A stretch of DNA of 64,000 nt, taken from positions 928,001 to 992,000 of the forward strand of contig CAXXKM010000003.1 of NCBI GenBank assembly GCA_963664435.2, read 5' to 3'. Below are positions 60,158-64,000 of this stretch, piece after piece (position 1 is the stretch's first letter; every line of letters starts with the position of its first letter). Below the pieces are notes generated by a model that was not told where the DNA came from, ran no database searches, and worked only from the letters and a program-made list of their open reading frames with translations. The translations under genes and the position numbers were made by a program. This stretch comes from Longimicrobiales bacterium (GTDB lineage Bacteria; Gemmatimonadota; Gemmatimonadetes; Longimicrobiales; Gaopeijiaceae).

Positions 60158-61861
60158 ATGACCGACCAGGAGATCCTGGCGCGGTGGAAGGAGGAGCCTG
60201 CTCCGCTCCTTCCGGTGCTGCACGCCTTTCACGCGCGCGACGGCTACCTCTCGGAGGACGCCATCCGCACGGTGTCGAAGGGGCTTCGCATTCCGCTCGC
60301 CGACCTGTACGGCACCATCACCTTCTACCACCACTTCGCGCGCGTCCCCGGCGGGCTGGGCTGCCCCCGCGTCTGCACCGGACCCGTGTGCGTGCAGGAG
60401 GGCGCCCTCGACATCCTCGCCGAACTCGCGCCGGAGGGGGCGACGGGGATGCCGTGCTCGGGACGCTGCGACGATCCCGTCCCGGTCCTGCGCGGCCATC
60501 TGACGCTGGCCGGGCGCTCGGCCGCCGACCTGGTGGCCCGGCCCGCTCCCCTTCCCCCGCCCGCCCGCGAGGGCGCGGCCGAGTGCGTCTTCCGCACCAT
60601 CCGCGAGCCGGGCCACGCCACCCTGGCCGGGTATCGCCGCGACGGCGGCTACGAGGGTCTCGCGCGCGCGGTGCGGGACATGACCCCCGTGCAGGTGGTG
60701 GAGGCAATCGACCGGAGCGGGCTGGCCGGGCGGGGCGGGGCCGGCTTCCCCACGGGCCGCAAGTGGCGCGCGGTCGCCGAAGCCGGCGGAACCCCCAAGT
60801 CCATCGTCTGCAACGCCGACGAGGGCGAGCCCGGCTGCTTCAAGGACCGGGCCCTCATGGACTACGATCCGCACGCGGTCATCGAGGGCATGATCGCGTC
60901 CGGGTATGCGACCGGGGCGCACCGCGGCTTCATCTATCTGCGCTACGAGTATCCCGAGACCGAGGACATCCTCGCCGAAGCCATCCGCGAGGCGGCGGAA
61001 GCGGGCATCCTGGGACCGTCCGTCATGGGCAGCGGCTTCGCCTTCGACCTGCACATCCGCCGCGGGGCCGGCGCCTACATCTGCGGGGAGGAGACATCGC
61101 TCCTGAACTCGATGGAGGGGAAGCATCCCTTCCCGCGCAACCGCCCGCCCTTCCCCGTCACCCACGGCTTCGAGAACCTGCCGACGGTGGTCAACAACGT
61201 CGAGACGCTGGCCTCCGTCCCGCATATCCTCGCGCTTGGCGCCGAGTGGTATGCCGGGCTCGGGATGAACGGACACGCCGGCACCAAAGTGATCTCCCTT
61301 TCCGGAGACATCCTCCGGCCGGGGAACTACGAGGTCCCCATGGGCCTGCCGCTGGAGCGGCTCCTCTACGACTGGGCCGGCGGCCCCTTCGAGGGTCGCA
61401 CCATCCAGGCGGTCACGATGGCCGGGCTCTCCGGGGGCTTCCTGGCGGGCGACGACCTCTTCGTCACGCTGGACGAGCCCACCATCCGCGCGCGCAAGTC
61501 GTTTCTGGGCGCCGGCGGCATCATGGTGTTCGACGACTCGCGCGACATGGTCGAGGTGGCGCATGCCGCGATGGAGTTCTTCGCGCACGAATCCTGCGGC
61601 AAATGCTTCCCCTGCCGCATCGGCACCCAGCGCCTGACCGAGCGGCTCGCCGGCGAGGCGGGCCCCGACGCGGTGGTGGCGTGGGTGGACGAAGTTGCGG
61701 ACATTGGGTATACGATGAAGGAAACCAGCGCGTGCGGGCTGGGAACCGCGGCTCCGCTGATCACCGAGAGCCTGATGCGCTATTTTCCGGACGCGGTTTC
61801 GCGTCACGTCACCGGCCATGGCGCCCTCCCCATGGCGGGACCGCGTGGGACGGAACCTTAG
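60158..61861 (+). CDS. fused NuoE/NuoF-like diaphorase subunit of NAD-dependent formate dehydrogenase
   Basis: CTGPVC..CSGRC (2Fe-2S), GRGGAGFPTG, NADEGEPG, GAGAYICGEET and ESCGKCFPCR..SACGLG. Confidence 0.9.
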   Translation: MTDQEILARWKEEPAPLLPVLHAFHARDGYLSEDAIRTVSKGLRIPLADLYGTITFYHHFARVPGGLGCPRVCTGPVCVQEGALDILAELAPEGATGMPCSGRCDDPVPVLRGHLTLAGRSAADLVARPAPLPPPAREGAAECVFRTIREPGHATLAGYRRDGGYEGLARAVRDMTPVQVVEAIDRSGLAGRGGAGFPTGRKWRAVAEAGGTPKSIVCNADEGEPGCFKDRALMDYDPHAVIEGMIASGYATGAHRGFIYLRYEYPETEDILAEAIREAAEAGILGPSVMGSGFAFDLHIRRGAGAYICGEETSLLNSMEGKHPFPRNRPPFPVTHGFENLPTVVNNVETLASVPHILALGAEWYAGLGMNGHAGTKVISLSGDILRPGNYEVPMGLPLERLLYDWAGGPFEGRTIQAVTMAGLSGGFLAGDDLFVTLDEPTIRARKSFLGAGGIMVFDDSRDMVEVAHAAMEFFAHESCGKCFPCRIGTQRLTERLAGEAGPDAVVAWVDEVADIGYTMKETSACGLGTAAPLITESLMRYFPDAVSRHVTGHGALPMAGPRGTEP

Positions 61862-61891
61862 GGTCCGGGCTGGAACTCGAAACAGGACGAC

Positions 61892-64000
61892 ATGATGAGC
61901 ACGAACGGGACCCGACCCACCATCGTCCTCGACGGGGAAAAGGTCGCTTTCACCCCGGGGGAGACCGTCTACGAGGCCGCTACGCGGCACGGCAAGGACA
62001 TCCCGACGCTCTGCTACGACCCCAGGCTGGAGCCCTTCGGCGGCTGCCGCCTGTGCGTGGTGGAGATCGAGGGCGCCCGCACCCCGGTCGCGTCCTGCAC
62101 CGCCCAATGCCAGTCGGGGATGGATGTGCGCACCCGGAGCGCGCGCGTGGAGGTGCATCGGCGCACGCTGATGGAGATGCTGGCCTCGGAGAACCGGGAA
62201 GTGGAGGTGGACGAGCTCACCAGCCTGGCATCGCAGGAGATGACCGAGCTGGTGGACCGCTACGAGGCGCGCACCGGGCGCTTCGAGGGCAGGCAGTCGG
62301 GCGCGAGCCGCCCCGACGATCCCAACCCCTTCATCATGCGGGACTACGACAACTGCATCTCCTGCTACAGGTGCGTGCGCGTGTGCGCGGAGCAGGAGGG
62401 CGACTACGCCATCTCGGTGAAGGGACGCGGCTTCGACACGCAGATCACCGTCGAGTTCGACGGGCATCTCAAGGAGTCGGCCTGCACCTTCTGCGGGCAG
62501 TGCGTCCAGACCTGCCCGACCGGGGCGCTGGGCGACCTGAAGGCGCTGGCCCACCGGGAAGTCGAGGGCGAGACGAAGAAGACCCGCACCGTCTGCCCCT
62601 ACTGCGGGGTCGGGTGTTCGGTGGACCTCCTCACGCGCGGCAACCAGCTCATCGGCGTGCAGCCCGCCATGGACGGCCCGGCCAACCTCGGCGCGCTCTG
62701 CGTGAAGGGCCAGTTCGCCTTCGACTTCATCCAGCACCCCGACCGGCTGGCCCACCCGCTGGTGCGCGGCGAGGACGGCGAGCTGCACGAAGCCGGCTGG
62801 GACGAGGCGCTCGACCGCGCGGCGGAGGGGTTCCTGCGCGTGCGTGAGCGCTACGGGCGCCACGCCGTCTACGGGGTGGCCTCCGGACGGGCCCCGCACG
62901 AAGCCGCCTACACCATGCAGAAGTTCATCCGGGGGGGGTTCGGCACGAACTACATCGACAACTGCAGCCGTGCCTGACACGCTCCCACAGTCGCCGGTCT
63001 GGCGGCAACAATCGGTCGCGGCGCGATGTCGAACCCGCTCGAAGACATGGAAAAGCCCGATGTGATCTTCTGCATCGGAACCAACATGACCGAGTGCCAC
63101 CCCGTGGCCGCGACCCGCCTCAAGCGCGCCATCGCCAACGGGGCGAAGCTCATCACCGCCGACCCGCGGCGCATCGCCCTCGCCGAGCTGGCCGATGTCT
63201 ACCTGCCGCTCCGGGTCGGCTCGGACGTGTCGCTCCTGCTGGCCATGGCCCACGTAATCCACCGCGAGGGCCTGACCGACCAGGGCTTCGTCGAAGGACG
63301 CACCACCGAGGCGGAGGCCTTCCTCAAGCACATCGAGGAGTTCACGCCCGAGTGGGCTGAACCCATCACCGAAGTGCCCGCAGCCGACATCGAGCGTGCC
63401 GCCCTCCTGTACGGGAAAGCGGAGCGCGGAGCCATCTACTACACGCTCGGCATCACCGAGCACATCTGCGGCGTCGACAACGTCCAGAGCCTGTGCAACC
63501 TGGCGCTCATGACCGGCAACATCGGCCGCGAGGGCACCGGGGTGAACCCCATGCGCGGGCAGAACAACATCCAGGGCGCGGGCGACTGCGGCGCCCTGCC
63601 CAACAACTATCCCGGCTTCCAGTCGGTCCTCGATCCGGTCTACCAGGAGAAGTTCGAGAAGGTATACGGGCGCAAGGTGGACCTCGAGCTGGGCCCGACC
63701 AAGCCGCGCGCGCTGGAGGCGTGCGGCGACGGCATCCATGCGATGATCATCAACGGCGAGAACACCGTCGTGTCGGACCCTGAGCGCCACCACTGCGAGG
63801 AGGCCCTGAAGAGCCTCGACCAACTGGTGGTGATCGACATCTTCCTCACCGAGACCGCCGAGTTGGCGGACGTGGTCTTCCCGGCAACCGCCTGGGGCGA
63901 GACCGACGGCGTCCAGACCAACACCGAGCGTCGCGTGCAGCGGCTGCGCAAGGCGGTGGATCCCCCGGGCGAGGCCATGCCCGACTGGTGGATCGTGTCG
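61892..64000 (+). CDS. fdhA: formate dehydrogenase alpha subunit, selenocysteine-containing, 3'-truncated by the window
   Basis: NuoG-like Fe-S N-terminus, CPYCGVGC, DNCSRA-UGA(62975)-HAPTVAGL, then RGQNNIQG; frame open to the window end. Confidence 0.92.
62990..63006 (+). promoter_or_regulatory. SECIS element of fdhA
   Basis: GUCGCC-GGUCU-GGCGGC hairpin at +13 to +29 after the UGA, placed like the fdhF SECIS. Confidence 0.75.

Noticed and set aside
61892..62977. fdhA as a truncated gene or pseudogene
   Set aside because: The UGA is at the catalytic Sec position, has a SECIS-like hairpin, and the frame continues intact.
59969..63823. 1284-aa minus-strand ORF, and similar long ORFs such as 4238-6364, 29547-32186, 42379-44955 and 60184-62847
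   Set aside because: Shadow frames of well-supported genes in high-GC DNA; no recognisable motifs.

Overview
High-GC bacterial chromosome segment. The gene repertoire (BlaI/M56-TonB-plug modules, Ig-domain lipoproteins, TonB receptors with N-terminal extensions, several S9 peptidases and serine hydrolases) suggests Gemmatimonadota; this is inference, not a database result. From left to right it holds: the 3' end of an Lhr-like helicase resembling Shango SngC plus a VapBC pair; sixA and an NfeD/flotillin pair; peptidases; a SAM-I riboswitch-metX-metB operon; blaI-M56 with a partial duplicate; an acyl-CoA cluster; arsC and a PQQ sugar dehydrogenase separated by a 16-bp repeat array; two TonB receptors; transporters; frc with an Oxc/HACL-like ThDP enzyme; an Xre-RES toxin-antitoxin pair; an IS630 element inserted in a stop codon; tRNA-Ile2; and a nuoEF-fdhA formate dehydrogenase. 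Two genes broken in the ORF track are best read as selenoproteins (in-frame UGA plus a downstream SECIS-like hairpin): FdhA, and a hidden 152-aa OsmC/Ohr-family protein. The latter is translationally coupled to a Tat-exported sulfite-oxidase-family molybdoenzyme, followed by a cytochrome c, and is the most interesting candidate system. Several small ORFs missed by the track are also proposed. All family calls come from motif recognition by eye.
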